Positions 37,481-51,666 of a stretch of DNA of 64,000 nucleotides are shown here, in pieces. The DNA lies in assembly GCA_951406725.2 (NCBI GenBank), contig OX597814.1, forward strand, positions 27,838,001 to 27,902,000, written 5' to 3'. Origin of the DNA: Octopus vulgaris (taxonomy: Eukaryota). Made by a program: the position numbers and the translations under genes. The first letter of the stretch is position 1, and each line of letters opens with the position of its first letter. Below the pieces are notes generated by a model. The model was not told where the DNA came from and ran no database searches. It saw only the letters and a program-made list of their open reading frames with translations.

Positions 37481-37877
37481 TTTACTCTTTTACTTGTTTC
37501 AGTCATTTGACTGCGGTCATGCTGGAGCACCGCCTTTAGTCGAGCAAATCGACCCCAGACTTATTAATTTTTAGCCTAGTACTTATTCTATCGGTCACTT
37601 TGCCGAACGGTGAAGTTACAGGGACGTAAACACACAAGCATCGGTTGTCAAGCGATGTTGTGGGGGGGGGGGAGACAAACACAGACACACAAACATATGC
37701 ATATACATATATACGACGAGCTTCTTTCAGTTTCCGTCTACCAAATCCACTCACAAGGCTTTGGTCGGCCCGAGGCTATAGTAGAAGACACTTGCCCAAA
37801 ATGCCACGTAGTGGGACTGAACCCGGAACCATGTGGTTAGTAAGTAAGCTACTTACCACACAGCCACTCCTGCGCCT
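37481..37877 (-). mobile_element. SINE family A
   Basis: Reverse-complement homology to 212-627. Confidence 0.9.
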
Positions 37878-39734
37878 ATCGAAGTTGTTATTGTTATTGT
37901 TGTTGTGTAACCCCGAGTCACCCCTGATCGAGTAAAACTATGATTAAAAGTAATCCAGTCTTGAATATACTAACCTTTTTTCCTTTTTAATATCTATAAT
38001 TCAGCTGCAATTTAATTCCAGATTGTGCAGCCCTGATCAAGTACACGTATGATCAAAAAACACTCTAACCGTGACCATACCAACTTTTTCCTGTGTGCAG
38101 AGAACACAGAAACAGATTATCCAACATATGCTTTCTTTAAGACAATAGGATGTGATTTGATGGAGATTTGGCTGCTACTTCTAGCAATTCGTACCGACAC
38201 GTAGAGTTTCCCCTCGTCTGCTCGAGGTGGCGGTGTGTTGCCGTGGCGGCAGCATGTTGTGGCGGTGGTGTGTTGTTGTTAATGTTTTGGCGGTTGTGGA
38301 GGCTGTGGTTAGTGGTGTTGGTGGCAGTGGGGAGTGTAATGACGAATAATGGGGTTAAGGTGGGGCTGGTGGGGGGGTTAGTGTGTTGGCCTTGGTGGTG
38401 GTGGTAGTGGTGGTGGTGGTTGTGGTGGTTGTGGTGGTGGTGGTGGTACTGTTGATAGTGGTGGTGATAGTGTTGGTTGTGGTACTGACGGTGACGGTGG
38501 TGGTACTGGTGGCAGTGGTGTTGGTGGTGATTGTGATGGTGTCGGTGGTGATGGTACTGGAGGTGGTGGTGGTGGTGGTGGTGGCGACGGTGGCGGTGTC
38601 GGCGGCTGCCGTGTGGTGGTGGTGGTGTTGATAACAGTGCTGTTGGCATGATGATAGTAACGATGGTGACGGGGTGGAGGAGGGAGGGAGAGGAAAAAAA
38701 AGCAGTAAGTATTGACTAGATTTTGCTTTAATACACACTTCCATGCGTGCGTGCATGTGTGTAAGAGCGTGCGTGCGTGAGAGAGAGAGAGAGAGAAAGA
38801 GAAAGACAAAGACCTAGAAGGAAAGAGAGAGCGGGAGAGATAAAAATATACAAAGATAAGACAGAGTTAAAAAAGAGGAGCAGTAGTAGTAGTTATAGGG
38901 AGAGGAGGAAGGAGGATGGTGATAGTGTTGGAGGGAGAGACGGGGAGGGGGGGGACAATGGACAAAGCTACTATCAGAAACGTCAACAGCATCAGTAAGG
39001 TAGCCAAGGTGAGCTGTTTCATAGAATTATTATGATTGGCTGACGTCACTCCTAGAGTCAAGCAACTGGTTTTTACTCTCTCTCTCTCTCTTATCACTAT
39101 TTATCCCCTCTAATCGCTCTCACTCTCTCTCTTTCTCTCTTTCTTATCACTATTTATCCCCTCTAATCGCTCTCACACTCTCTCTCTCTCTTTCTTATCA
39201 CTATTTGCCCCCTCTCATCGCTCTCACTCTCTATCTCAACTGTCTCTTTCTCTCTTTCTCTCTCTTTCGATCTCTTTTGCTTTGCTCTTTCTTTCTCTTC
39301 TTTTGTACCTGCTCCACTGCTTATGTCGCCTTTTTCCTCTTTCTATTTTACCTTCTTTCAGGATTTCTTTCTTCCTTTCTGTCTTTCTTCTCCCTGAGTG
39401 TCTCTCTGCTTTTTCTTTTCTTTTTTTCTTTCTTTATCAATCTCTTTTGATTTTTTCTTTTACGTTTTTTTTCTTTCTTTTATTGTGGCCTTTCTCTGCC
39501 TCTCCTCTTTTCTTTGTTTTCTCTCCTTTCTCTTCTATCTCTCTTCATCAATCACTTTTACTGTCTTTTCCGACTCTCTCTCTCTCTCTCTCTCTTAATC
39601 TATCTGTTTGATTTACTTCCTCTCATTTTTATACTTTTGCTTTGAGACAAAACGTGTCTGTGTGTGTGTGTGTGTTTGAGCGTATGAGTGTGCCAATAAG
39701 AGATAGATAGATAGATAAATAGATAGATAAATAG

Positions 39735-39779
<45 letters not shown>

Positions 39780-40345
39780 ATAAGTGAGAAAGAAAGAGTA
39801 GGACAGGGATCGGGGTAAGGGATGTGCATGGATTGTGTAGGTGTTGGCAATTGTGTCTGTGTGTACGGTTTATTCATCTGAGTGTGTGTACACACACACA
39901 AATGTTTATGAAATGTAGCTGTGTGAGCGTTATGTATTTCTATGAGTGTTTTTACACACACACGCGCACACACATACACACACACAAACACACACACGCA
40001 CACACACACAAACACACAGACACACATGCACACACACAAACACACAGACACGCGCGCGCGCACATACCCATGTTATGTTCTACTTTCACATTTCCTCCTC
40101 ACCTCTTGTTTCTCAGTCCTTCTCTCTCTCTCTTTCTCTTTCACTCTTTCTTTCTCCCTTCCACCTCTCTCTCTCTCTCTCTCTCTCCTCGATTGAAGTG
40201 TGGGCGCTGCGTGAGTGTTAGGCTTTATAGAGGTGTGTTTCACTCCTTAACTGGACTTGTGTGTATGTGTGAACGTATATTCTGTAAGCAGGTATGTAAT
40301 TTCCAATGAATTTATGCTTATGTTCGTCCAGGTGTGTGCGTGTAC

Positions 40346-40389
<44 letters not shown>

Positions 40390-40478
40390 ATTGTGTGTGT
40401 GCGTGTGTACACACACATATGAATCTATTTATCTATATCTATATATATATATATGTACACACACATACACGCATACTC

Positions 40479-40523
<45 letters not shown>

Positions 40524-40715
40524 TGTGTGTGTAAGTATCGACCTTACACCAGATCATGTGTTTCATGTTTTCTAACATGTCCTCTACAAAATAGTAACAC
40601 TTGATCCGTTTTAAGGTCGATACACACACGCACACACACACACATATATATAGATACATACATACATACATACATGCATACACACACACATATGCGTATG
40701 TATATATTTGCATGC

Positions 40716-40749
<34 letters not shown>

Positions 40750-41220
40750 ACATGTATATGCATATGTATATGTATGTATGTATATATGTATGTACGCACG
40801 TATGTTACATACATATTATTTATAAACATTACATATATGTGTGTGTGTGTGTGTGTGTGTGTATTCTGTAGAGGCGCGTAGCTAAGTGGTTAGAGTGTTG
40901 CATTCATAATCGCAAGGCTGTGGTTTCGATTCCTGGACATGGCGAGGCCTTGTGTCCTTGAGCAAAACACTTCATTTCACGTTGCTCCTGTCCACTCAAC
41001 TGGCAAAAATGAGTAATCCTGCGACGGGCCAGCGTCCCTTCCAAGGGATGAATATGTACGTCACAGAATTCGGAATCCTGGTCATATGCTCCTGTGTCTC
41101 GGACAGAACATTTGACCATTTATATATATATAGTCGAACGAATCTACCCTACTACTAATTTTTTTTTGTATGATGAAGACGAATATTCAACAAAGTACTC
41201 AATGCATTCTAAAACATAGA

Positions 41221-41265
<45 letters not shown>

Positions 41266-41317
41266 GGCGAATATTCAACAAAGTACTCAATGCATTCTAA
41301 AACATAGAGTATATATA

Positions 41318-41557
41318 TAACGGGAAGCTTTATGAAAATAAACAAAAGACGAAGGCAGGTGGAATACAAACAAACAATTGTATTAGTATGGCGCTCAGGA
41401 ATAAAGATAAAACAAGTCTTTTACGTTTCGAGCCTACGCTCTTCAACAGAAAGATACACAGAAAAGAAACACAGAAAGAAACAAGGAGAGAAAAAAAAAT
41501 GCGTGCAGAGGCTAGCGAATCAACATGGCGATCTGATTTCGGCCAGAAGTCAAAGAT

Positions 41558-41560
<3 letters not shown>
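41318..41560 (-). mobile_element. PLE pseudo-LTR remnant with hammerhead-like motif (41417-41454)
   Basis: TCTTT-CTGTTGA-A-GAGC-GTAG-GCTC-GAAA-CG-TA-AAAGA; TA tracts on both sides. Confidence 0.65.
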
Positions 41561-41589
<29 letters not shown>

Positions 41590-41803
41590 CTCTATGTTTT
41601 AGAATGCATTGAGTACTTTGTTGAATATTCGTCTTCATCATACAAAAAAAATTAGTAGTAGGGTAGATTCGTTCGACTAAAAATCTTCAAGGCTGTACCC
41701 CAGCCTTTGAGACAAATGAAAGACATTAGGCGTCTTCTATGGTCTCGGACTGAATAAAGCCTTGTGAGTGGATTTGGTAGACGGAAGCTGAAAGAAGCTC
41801 GTC

Positions 41804-41883
<80 letters not shown>

Positions 41884-42824
41884 CCTCTTCGTGAATTGTT
41901 TTAGAGGGAGATGATCCGATATGCACCATCCCTTGCTTCAGCATCATGTTCTCGCGCTACAGATGTTTTAGGGCGGTTAGACACGCATTGTGACTGCAGG
42001 CCTAGCCGATAAGAAATTGCCTGCCAAAGTGTCCGACGTTGACGACCATTTTTTTTTTTTTTTTTTTTTTTTAATTAGGGACGATCTTGATATTAATTCA
42101 GAGTAAGTAGCTTGGCCACCACATAATTTGCCCATGGAGTAGGAGCACTAGTGCACAGAGATGGTTTATATTTGCAAAATCACCTCCCGTTATCTGTATG
42201 TTTCGTATTTTACTTTGTACCATCAATAATGTTTGATGTCTAACGTTGCTAAACGAAGATTAGAGACGGATTATCATCATTTTTTCTTTCACTATAAGTC
42301 TTGGGGTCGATAGGTTCGACTAAGACTCTTCAAGCAGGTACTCCAGCCATTTTATTGCATATGCATATATACATATGCATCCGTGTGTGTATTGTGTTTT
42401 TATATATATGTGTGTGTGTGTCACCTTCGAAACGTAGAGTAGATGAAACCATGGCGACTGAAGAAGGGTTTTTTTCCTTGCGTTATTTGTCCTGTACTCT
42501 TTTTTTGTTGTTTAAGAAAAATGTCCAGTTCTTTGTGTTTGTGTCTATGTTTTCGTTTCTCATTGTGTTCGACGTTTTTTTTGTGTCCTGTACTCATATA
42601 TGCGTGTATATGTACATGTAGAGGTAGGTACGTACATATATGTACATATATATGCACATGTTTTATTTATTAATATATTATATATATATTTAGTGAAGGG
42701 AAGAAATGGAGCTGAACGAAGATTCTACAAAATTCCTTTTTATTATTTTCTACACATGTTTCAAAGGCTGCAAATATATGCCCCAGCATGGCCACAGCTC
42801 ATGAGCTGAAACTAGAATCAATTA

Positions 42825-42875
<51 letters not shown>

Positions 42876-42910
42876 GTAAATGCAATATGTGACAGTTATT
42901 CGGTAGTCTT

Positions 42911-42971
42911 GATAAAACTTCGAGTTTCGGATGCCGAGGTGGAAATCCACGCCGCCATCTCTTCAATTATC
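42911..42971 (-). ncRNA. Degenerate hammerhead-like motif in a TA-adjacent repeat remnant
   Basis: GATAA-TTGAAGA-GATGGC..GTGGA/TCCAC..GGCATCC-GAAA-CTCGAAG-TT-TTATC. Confidence 0.55.
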
Positions 42972-43080
42972 CGGTCATCGGGAAAAATGCTATGAAAAGG
43001 TCATTTTTCATTTACAGATAAATTCCTCTATCGAGGTCTCTCATTCTTTTGTCGTCTTACCATTTTTATCAATATACTCT

Positions 43081-43497
43081 TACTCTCTTTTTACTCTTTT
43101 ACTTGTTTCAGTCATTTGACTGTGGCCATGCTGGAGCACCGCCTTTAATCGAGCAACTCGACCCCAGGACTTATTCTTTGGAAGCCTAGTACTTATTCTA
43201 TCGATCTCTTTTGCCGAACCGCTCAGTAACGGGGACATAAACACACCAGCATCGGTTCTCAAGCAATGCTAAGGGACAAACACAGACACACAAACACACA
43301 CATGCATATATATATATATATATATACATATATACGACGAGCTTCTTTCAGTTTCCGTCTACCAAATCCACTCACAAGGCTTTGGTCGGCCCGAGGCTAT
43401 AGTAGAAGACACTTGCCAAAGGTGCCACGCAGTGGGACTGAACCCGGAACCATGTGGTTGGTAGACAAGCTACTTACCACACAGCCACACGTGCGCC
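43081..43497 (-). mobile_element. SINE family A
   Basis: Reverse-complement homology to 212-627. Confidence 0.9.
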
Positions 43498-43527
43498 TAT
43501 ATATATATATCTATATATATATATATA

Positions 43528-44288
43528 TCTCTCTATATAAACGGCAGTTTGTCTGTGCGTGTTTCTGTGTGTCTGTCAGCTTGTACCCTCACCCTGACCA
43601 CGGCTTTCAACCGATTATGATGAAACTTGACACACACATAGCCCAATGTCATAATTCAAAACTAACGCAGCGAAAATTTTGAAAAGTTCCCCCAGTTCTG
43701 AAAAAATCGATAAATTCGACATGGGGTCGAGAATCAGAAACACAAAACGCAAACTGTCTAGGGGACGCAACTCCACCTTTTTTAACTCTCAAAAAAAATT
43801 TACCATCATTTTTTTCCATTTTTTTGCTATTTTTTGGCTATAACTCTCTAAAAATGCTTTATAGTTATTTCCCTTACAAACCTGAGCAACGCCGGGCGAT
43901 ACTGCTAGTCTATATATAAACGGCAGTTTGTCTGTGCGTGTTTCTGTGTGTCTGTTTGCTTGTACCCTCACCCTGACCATGGCTTTCAACCGATTCTGAT
44001 GAAACTTGACACACACATAGCCCAATGTCATAATTCAAAACTAACGCAGCGAAAATTTTGAAAAGTTCCCCCAGTTCTGAAAAAAATCGATAAATTCGAC
44101 ATGGGGTCGAGAATCAGAAACACAAACCAAAAACTGTCTAGGGGACGCAACTCCACCTTTTTTAAATCACAAAAAAGAATTTACCATCTTTTTTTCCATT
44201 TTTTTGCTATTTTTTGGCTATAACTCTCTAAAAATGCTTTATAGTTATTTCCCTTACAAACCTGTGCAACGCCGGGCGATGCTGCTAG
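43528..44288 (+). mobile_element. Head-to-tail dimer of a ~380-bp non-autonomous Helitron
   Basis: 5' TC..TATATAAA, 3' GC-rich subterminal hairpin (CCTGAGCAACGCCGGG) then CTAG; units 43528-43908 and 43909-44288; A|T insertion context. Confidence 0.82.
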
Positions 44289-44317
<29 letters not shown>

Positions 44318-44319
<2 letters not shown>

Positions 44320-44525
44320 ACATGTGATCTCTTGAGCACCACCAGCAAAAATATTTTTTTCCTCTGTCTTCCCTTCTCGGGATCTTTCCTTCTTGTTTCC
44401 GACGAAGAGCTCCGCTCGAAACGTTAAACCCTCCTTCCCTTCTTTCCTGAGCGTCAAATAATACTTTAATTGTTCCACGTCCTCGCGTTGCTGTGTTTTT
44501 TTTCTGTGTTTTCTTGTTTGGATTA

Positions 44526-44592
<67 letters not shown>

Positions 44593-44790
44593 AATCCCAA
44601 AGAAAAGGAGAACAAACATGAAAAACAGTAACGCGAGGACGTGGTACATGCAATGTATTAGCAGCCGCTCAGGAAATGAAAGAAAGATGGTTTAACGTTT
44701 CCAGCAAAGCTCTTCTTCAGAAATAGAAGAAAGTCCAAAAGAAGGGAAAACGGAGGAAGAAAATCGCCAACGATTCACATGCGGTTACAT
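44318..44790. mobile_element. Two diverged PLE pseudo-LTR-like remnants in inverted orientation around a (TA)n tract
   Basis: Plus arm GTTT-CCGACGA-A-GAGC-TCC-GCTC-GAAA-CG-TT-AAAC (~44395-44429); minus arm TTT-CTGAAGA-A-GAGC-TTT-GCTG-GAAA-CG-TT-AAA (~44691-44723); third relative at ~58970-59118. Confidence 0.65.
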
Positions 44791-44802
44791 ATATACACAC
44801 AT

Positions 44803-44901
<99 letters not shown>

Positions 44902-45031
44902 AATCGAACCCTCGACCTTATAATTATCAATCCCACCTGCCTTTATATACACATGCACGAGTTCTGTCTTGTTGATTGGTCCAAAGTATCACACGCTGTC
45001 TCATTATTTCCTTTCTTTATCGTATGACGAT

Positions 45032-45205
45032 CCGGATTACCCCCATCAGCACACGTACCCTCATTAAGACAAAAGAAATCCTGTATACGATGCAATATAT
45101 TACGTAACATTAACCGCCCCGGATTACCCCATCAGCACACATACCCTCATTAAGACAAAAGAAATCCTGTATACGATGCAATATATTACGTAACATTAAC
45201 CGCCC
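45032..45205. repeat. ~87-bp tandem duplication
   Basis: CCGGATTACCCC...TAACATTAACCGCCC occurs twice. Confidence 0.92.
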
Positions 45206-45704
45206 TTCATTAATTTAACACTAGCATCCTTAAAAGTCGAAATTAAAGGAAACAAATTCTGGAAAAAATATAAATAATAGTGTGTAACTTGGACAGATGG
45301 CCAGTAGGTTTGAGAGTAGGAGTTTAGTCGATGTTATCGATCCAAGTACATGTGTGCTAACGATTCTGCCAGCTCGCCGCCCTTTATAAATGATAATAAT
45401 AATAATGATGAATAATTATTTCAACCTCACAAAAAATTTCCACATTGGAATTACCAAATTTCCTGCTGGATATTTGCTTTCGTTCGCGAATATATCAGGA
45501 CCTGGAGGTGAAAATTGCATCACCATTTGGAAGACTTTATCAAAAACAAAAATAGAAAGTTATGCAATAGCGATTTGTTTTGACGGTCATGTATTTCATC
45601 ATATCTAATTTGTTTTATCTCACTGTGACTCACATTATGTTTCTCTTCGTCTATATTATCACCTCTCTCTCTGTCTCTCTCTCGCTCTCTTTCTTTATCT
45701 CTTC

Positions 45705-46094
45705 TTACTCTTTACTCTTTTACTCTTTTACTTGTTTCAGTCATTTGACTGCGGCCATGCTGGAGCACCGTCTTTAGTCGAGCAAATCGACCCCGGGACT
45801 TATTCTTTGTAAGCCCAGTACTTATTCTATCGGTCTCTTTTTGCCGAACCGCTAAGTGACGGGGACATAAACACACCAGCATCGGTTGTCAAACACAGAC
45901 ACACAAACACACACACACACATACATATATACGACAGGCTTCTTTCAGTTTCCGTCTACCAAATCCACTCACAAGGCATTGGTCGGCCCGGGGCTATAGC
46001 AGAAGACACTTGCCCAAGGTGCCACACAGTGGGACTGAACCCGGAACCATGTGGTTGGTTAGCAAGCTACTTACCACACAGCCACTCCTGCGCC
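45705..46094 (-). mobile_element. SINE family A (a partial copy follows at 46115-46320)
   Basis: Reverse-complement homology to 212-627. Confidence 0.9.
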
Positions 46095-46350
46095 TTGTTT
46101 GTTCTTGCTTTTAATTCTTTTACTCTTTTACTTGTTTCAGTCATTCGACTGCGGCCATGCTCGAGCATCGGCCCTTAGTCGAGCAAATCGACTTCTTTGT
46201 AAACCTAGTACTTATTCTATTGGTCTCTTTTTGCCGAACAGCGAAGTTACAGGGACGTAAACACACCAGCATCGATTGTCAAGCGATGGTGGGAGTGGGG
46301 GACAAACACAGACACACATACATACATACATACATACATACATACATACA

Positions 46351-46383
<33 letters not shown>

Positions 46384-46384
46384 G

Positions 46385-46428
<44 letters not shown>

Positions 46429-46443
46429 ATATATATGTATATA

Positions 46444-46476
<33 letters not shown>

Positions 46477-46758
46477 GCAATTAAGGACAACTACTTAATA
46501 AGGAAAACTTAACAAGAAATTGTCAGGTAGATAGCGTAAAAACCTCATAAGAGAAAAAATTTCGAAAATAATTATTTCTTATTGAACATATTAATATATA
46601 TAGAGGGCATTATACATACATGCTAGAAGGCATAATACATACATGCCAAACGCTAAGAGGGACAATTAGTCATTTCTACCAAAAATATTACTAATATATA
46701 TATATATATATTATATATATATATATATACATATATACTTTATTTTAAGCAGCAGAAA

Positions 46759-46792
<34 letters not shown>

Positions 46793-47042
46793 TATATATA
46801 TATATATATATATTATGTGAAATAGAAAGATGAATAATCTTGTAGTAGATTAATCAAAAGTTTAACCGATACCTTAGTAGCAAAAATCACAGCAGTAAAA
46901 CAGCACGGTTGGAGGTACAACCATATGGTGTTGCAACCGTGCGTTGGTGCGGATAATTGAAATTAGAACATTATTGGTGAATTGAAGAAATGGAGCTGAA
47001 CGCAGATTGAACAGAAATCGTTTTATTTCATTCTACACGTGT

Positions 47043-47144
<102 letters not shown>

Positions 47145-47145
47145 A

Positions 47146-47300
47146 GGGTTTCTTTCAGTTCCCGTCTAGCAAATGCACTCACAAGGCTTTGGTCGGCCCG
47201 AGGCTACAGTAGAAGACACTTGCCGAAGGTGCCATGCAGTGCGACTGAACCCAGAACCATGTGGTTGGTAAGCAAGCTACTTACCACACAGCCACTCCTA
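47146..47300 (-). mobile_element. SINE family A, 5' half
   Basis: Homology to the family A head. Confidence 0.82.
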
Positions 47301-47555
47301 TCAGATTTTTTTTCTTTTTTGTCTTCGTCTTCTGTTTTCTGTCGAATGACTCTTTTAACGTGCCAGGTGTTTTTAGTCCCTGGACATCTGCCACCGAGGA
47401 ACCTATAGAAGAATGAAATCACACGACCTGGGAGTTCCGGCGGTTGTAGCAGATGATTCTGGTCCGTCAGCCTTATAAATACGAGTGCTTTTTATGCACC
47501 ATGAGTCCATATAAGAGGCCCTTCCAAGGTGAATAACGCGGTATTCTGTGTTCTA

Positions 47556-47945
47556 GGGCGGCGAGCTGGCAGAAACGTTAGCACGCCGGGCGAAATGCGT
47601 AGCCGTATTTCGTCTGCCGTTACGTTCTGAGTTCAAATTCCGCCGAGGTCGACTTTGCCTTTCATCCTTTCGGGGTCGATAAATTAAGTACTAGTTACGC
47701 ACTGGGGTCGATGTAATCGACTTAATCCGTTTGTCTGTCCTTGTTTGTCCTCTCTGTGTTTAGCCCCTTGTGGGTAGTAAAGAAATAGGTATTCCGAGGT
47801 CAACTTTGCCTTTCATCCTCTCGGGGGTCGATTAAATAAGTACCAGTTACGCACTGGGGTCGATATAGTCAACTTAATCCGTTTGTCTGTCCTTGTTTGT
47901 CCTCTCTGTGTTTAGCCCCTTGTGGGTAGTAAAGAAATAGGTATT
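47556..47945 (+). mobile_element. SINE family B with duplicated 3' portion
   Basis: TSD GGTATTCTGTGTTCTA at 47540-47555 and 47940-47955. Confidence 0.92.
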
Positions 47946-48514
47946 CTGTGTTCTAACATAACAGAAAATCCACGCAAATTTGGCGATCAAGACTCATTTA
48001 TTAACACTTCTGTGGCTGCGATATAAATCGAGAGAAAATACCTAAAGAAAAACCTGACATGCCATATGAAATAAAACATGAGCATACTGTTGCATAAGCT
48101 TCTCCAGCGGCTATATACTTCGATGACGAATTTTCATCGAGTTGTGTATATGTAGACGTTATATGTTTTGGCTCTGTGCTACAGGGGGTGTTCTGATTAT
48201 TTATCATTTTTTTAAACTACTTATTGTTATTGTTATTTTGTAACTGCTGATTATACCTGGTCGATCAGACCTCTAGTCAAAAGCGTTTCAGTCATCACCA
48301 TCTCGCCTTCAGACTACATTCACCAAATGAGTTTTTTTTTTTTTTGCTTTTTTGTAACTCGGTAGTGTGTGATTTTTAGTGGACTTAGTTGCAGTTTCTG
48401 TCATGTCGTGTGACCGCATAAAGTTCCACGTCGTTGTTGTGCTCTTTATTAGGGACAGAAATGACATTATAGTACAATTCAAAATCACACACACACACAC
48501 ACACACACACATAC

Positions 48515-49061
48515 TCTCTTACTCCTCTCCCCTTCTCACCCCTCTCTCTCCCTCTCCCTCCTCTCTCCCTCTAACTCCTCTCTCCCTCTAACTCCTCTCT
48601 CCCTCTCACTCCACTCTCACCCTCTCATTCATCTCTCTCTATCTCACTCCTCTCTCTCCCTCTCACTCCTCTCTCCCTCCTCTCTCCCTCTCACTCTTCT
48701 CTCTCCCTCTCACTCAACTCTCTCCCTTTCACTCCTCTCTCTCTATCTCACTCCTCTCACTCCTCGCTCTCCCTCTCCCTCCTCGCTCTCCCTCTCCCTC
48801 CTCGCTCTCCCTCTCCCTCCTCGCTCTCCCTCTCCCTCCTCTCTCTCCCTCTGACTCCTCGCTCTCGCTCTCGCTCTCACTCCACTCTCTCCCTCTCACT
48901 CCCTCTCTCCCTCTCGCTCCTCTCTCTCCCTCTCGCTCCTCTCTCTCCCTCTCGCTCCTCTCTCTTCCTCTCACTCCCCTCTTCCTCTCACTCCCCTCTC
49001 CCTCTCGCTCCTCTCTCTCCTTCTCACTCCTTTCTCCCCCTCTCTCTCTACTCTCTCTCTC
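48515..49061. repeat. CT-rich polypyrimidine minisatellite
   Basis: Direct reading. Confidence 0.93.
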
Positions 49062-49746
49062 AAATATGCACGCACGCGCATAAAAGCAGATGTAATTACA
49101 TGAATCAATGGAAAACGGGGACAAGAACGGCAACAGCATGTTTATATTCGAACAAAGCGTTGGTGCATATCCCAAAAGAGCAACATTAGGAAAATAATCC
49201 GCCAGCAGACAGACATCCAGTTTAGACTTAAATGACACGTCATGACTGCGTTACAGACACCGTAAAAGCCTACCAAATGTCAAACCGGCTTTTGTCATTC
49301 CTACTGATAACTCGTCGCCATGGATTGCCCTGATATTTACACCACGTTAGAGGTGTATAGAAAAGAATAATGAATTTAGCTGGCTGGTAATCGATAAGTA
49401 CTGATATGGATTTGCTGGTATTGAATCAGTGTCTGGCCGATGAGGAAATTCCATTTTCCGGATATTGACGATGAAGCCAAAGGTTTAAGCTGCTGACCGA
49501 GATGAAGCGATCAATGAATGATGTACCGAGCGACTGGTTTATATGAGTGAGATTACGAAAAAGCATGATCACCACAGTTAAGAGTAAATATGCCATGTGC
49601 GATATTCTGAATACATTGTTTTTTGTTTTTTTTATTTTTTCTTTTCTAATGACTCTGTGTAGGTTAAAGAGATCCATACTGAACTGAAATCGGATGAAAT
49701 TATTGATGTCCAGAATGCAATCGCAAAAATAACTAAAAGAAGCAAA

Positions 49747-49808
<62 letters not shown>

Positions 49809-49809
49809 C

Positions 49810-50300
49810 ATGTACATTGTTTTGTCTTGGTATAAAAGATGGGCTACAGCAAATATTCTGCTCAATACCACAGATTTGCTTGTCAGTTGTTTGACCATAA
49901 CCAGTTGAGCATGTCCCTTAGTGGCTGACGATATGTGCATCTCTGATCACGAGCAGAAGTAGTGGGGGAGCATCATAGCCATGTGTTGAGAGGGATTATT
50001 TGGGGTTTGAATAGTTCACCTCTGGAAACATGGGTGGTTCTTTCAACATCCTTAAACAACCCTTATTCAGGGACCTTTTGAGCGGGATGGGCTACTCAAC
50101 CTGAAGAAAATTCTAACTGAGCCCCACCTGCAAGGTCATGTGCTGTTTATCTTGATATGAGATCACCATGTCGCGCACATATGGTTGTGATGCATGTGCC
50201 TGGTGTACCTTTATCAGACGGGTAGTCATGATGGGTATATTGGGCTTCGTATATTTTACCCCAGTGTCACTTTGATGGCATGAACTGCTCTCTCACTCAA
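49810..50300 (+). mobile_element. Probable 3' fragment of an (AAT)n-targeting non-LTR element
   Basis: ~490-bp complex segment bounded on both sides by (AAT)n tracts; no ORF; family assignment and strand are inference. Confidence 0.45.
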
Positions 50301-50340
50301 TAATAATAATAATAATAATAATAATGATGATGATGATGAT

Positions 50341-51666
50341 TTCATTTATTTGCCACAAGGGCGAAGGATGAGAGGGATAATACAAAGATAGACATAAAGT
50401 GTCGGGGTTTACATATAATGAATGATTACAAAAAAAAAGAAAGAAAGAAAGAAAGTGTACAAGGTTTACACTGAAAAAGGAAGGACATATGCATTGCATA
50501 CAAAGGTTTAGAAAACAAAAGTGCGGGGATGATGATAGAGGGGTGGCCCTCCTGATACAGGATGGCTTCTAGGGATAATCGAGGAACCCCATTGTCCGAG
50601 GATTTCCCTGAAAACCCAGGAGCAAGTGCCCTCTCCAATTCCTTCTCTCCGACTCAAAAGTTTAAATTCAGAGAGGTACCATCCACTCTTACCATTTTCG
50701 CAACTTTCACCTACCTTTCAATAAACCCATTCGAGGACAGCACTTCCCTCTCCACTCTCAATTTCCTTTCCAAGTGAAACTTGAAGAAGTCAATGAGAGC
50801 TTTACCAAAGAGGAATGTATCTGTCCTCATGCTTTCAGCCTCGTTCACCAAATAACCTCTTTCGCCACAACCACCAGGCAAAGGAAAACTGACTTGCCTG
50901 CCCGATTGAAGGAGGGCGGCGGTGCGATCATCACTATAGACTCGGTCGACAGACGGTTCTGTTCCACGCGTGACAGCAGCTGTTCGACATAACCCCACAA
51001 GGGCGTGCAGAACGGTTTCGTTACTCTGCGCGCACCTCGGACAAGCTCGTCTGGCAGCAAATCCGTGTCTGTAGAGTTTATCTCGAACAGGTAACGCCCT
51101 ACCCCGGTAGCAATGCCAGGCCAAGGACATCTGGAAATTATCCATGATAGTTCTGACCGGAAAGTCCTAGCCAGTTCGTTCTCGTCGGCGCCCAGAGTCT
51201 CCCCGAGAACATTGTCGCACTTCGCCACCACTGACCCTCTATAAATTTCTAAAGTGGAACATCCACCGATCCCATTGTCCGACAGGTAGAGGGCTTAAAG
51301 CGCCTGACGACATTCTAAGTGCCAGGTGCCCAATCTCGGTCTTTTCTTCCCCCAGGACCGCAACTCCATCAAGGAGATTAGCCTCACAAAAGGAGCCTGC
51401 ACACACTCACAGTCCAGAAATCATTGCATGTGGCGTAATCTAAGGTGGCGTCTGCGCACTGGGAGCCACGGCGTACCTAATCCGCCACTAGGAGGAAGCT
51501 GTCAACAGACTGACCGTCTGACAATTGGAATGCGTCCCTTCTACAAGAATTTAAATAAGAGACGCTCCAACCTGGTCAAGCAGTAACCGGGATAAGGCAG
51601 GACGGTCAGGGCATAAATGATAACGGAGGCGATGTAAGCATTCGCCACCACTGCCTTACCTTTCAA
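50341..51666 (-). mobile_element. 3' part of an L1/Tx1-clade LINE (post-RT region and zf-RVT), decayed
   Basis: LKGKAVVANAYIASVIIYALTV, ALPVRDKLYRHG..CPRC...ETVLHAL; ends in AATAAA followed by (ATC)/(ATT) repeats. Confidence 0.82.
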
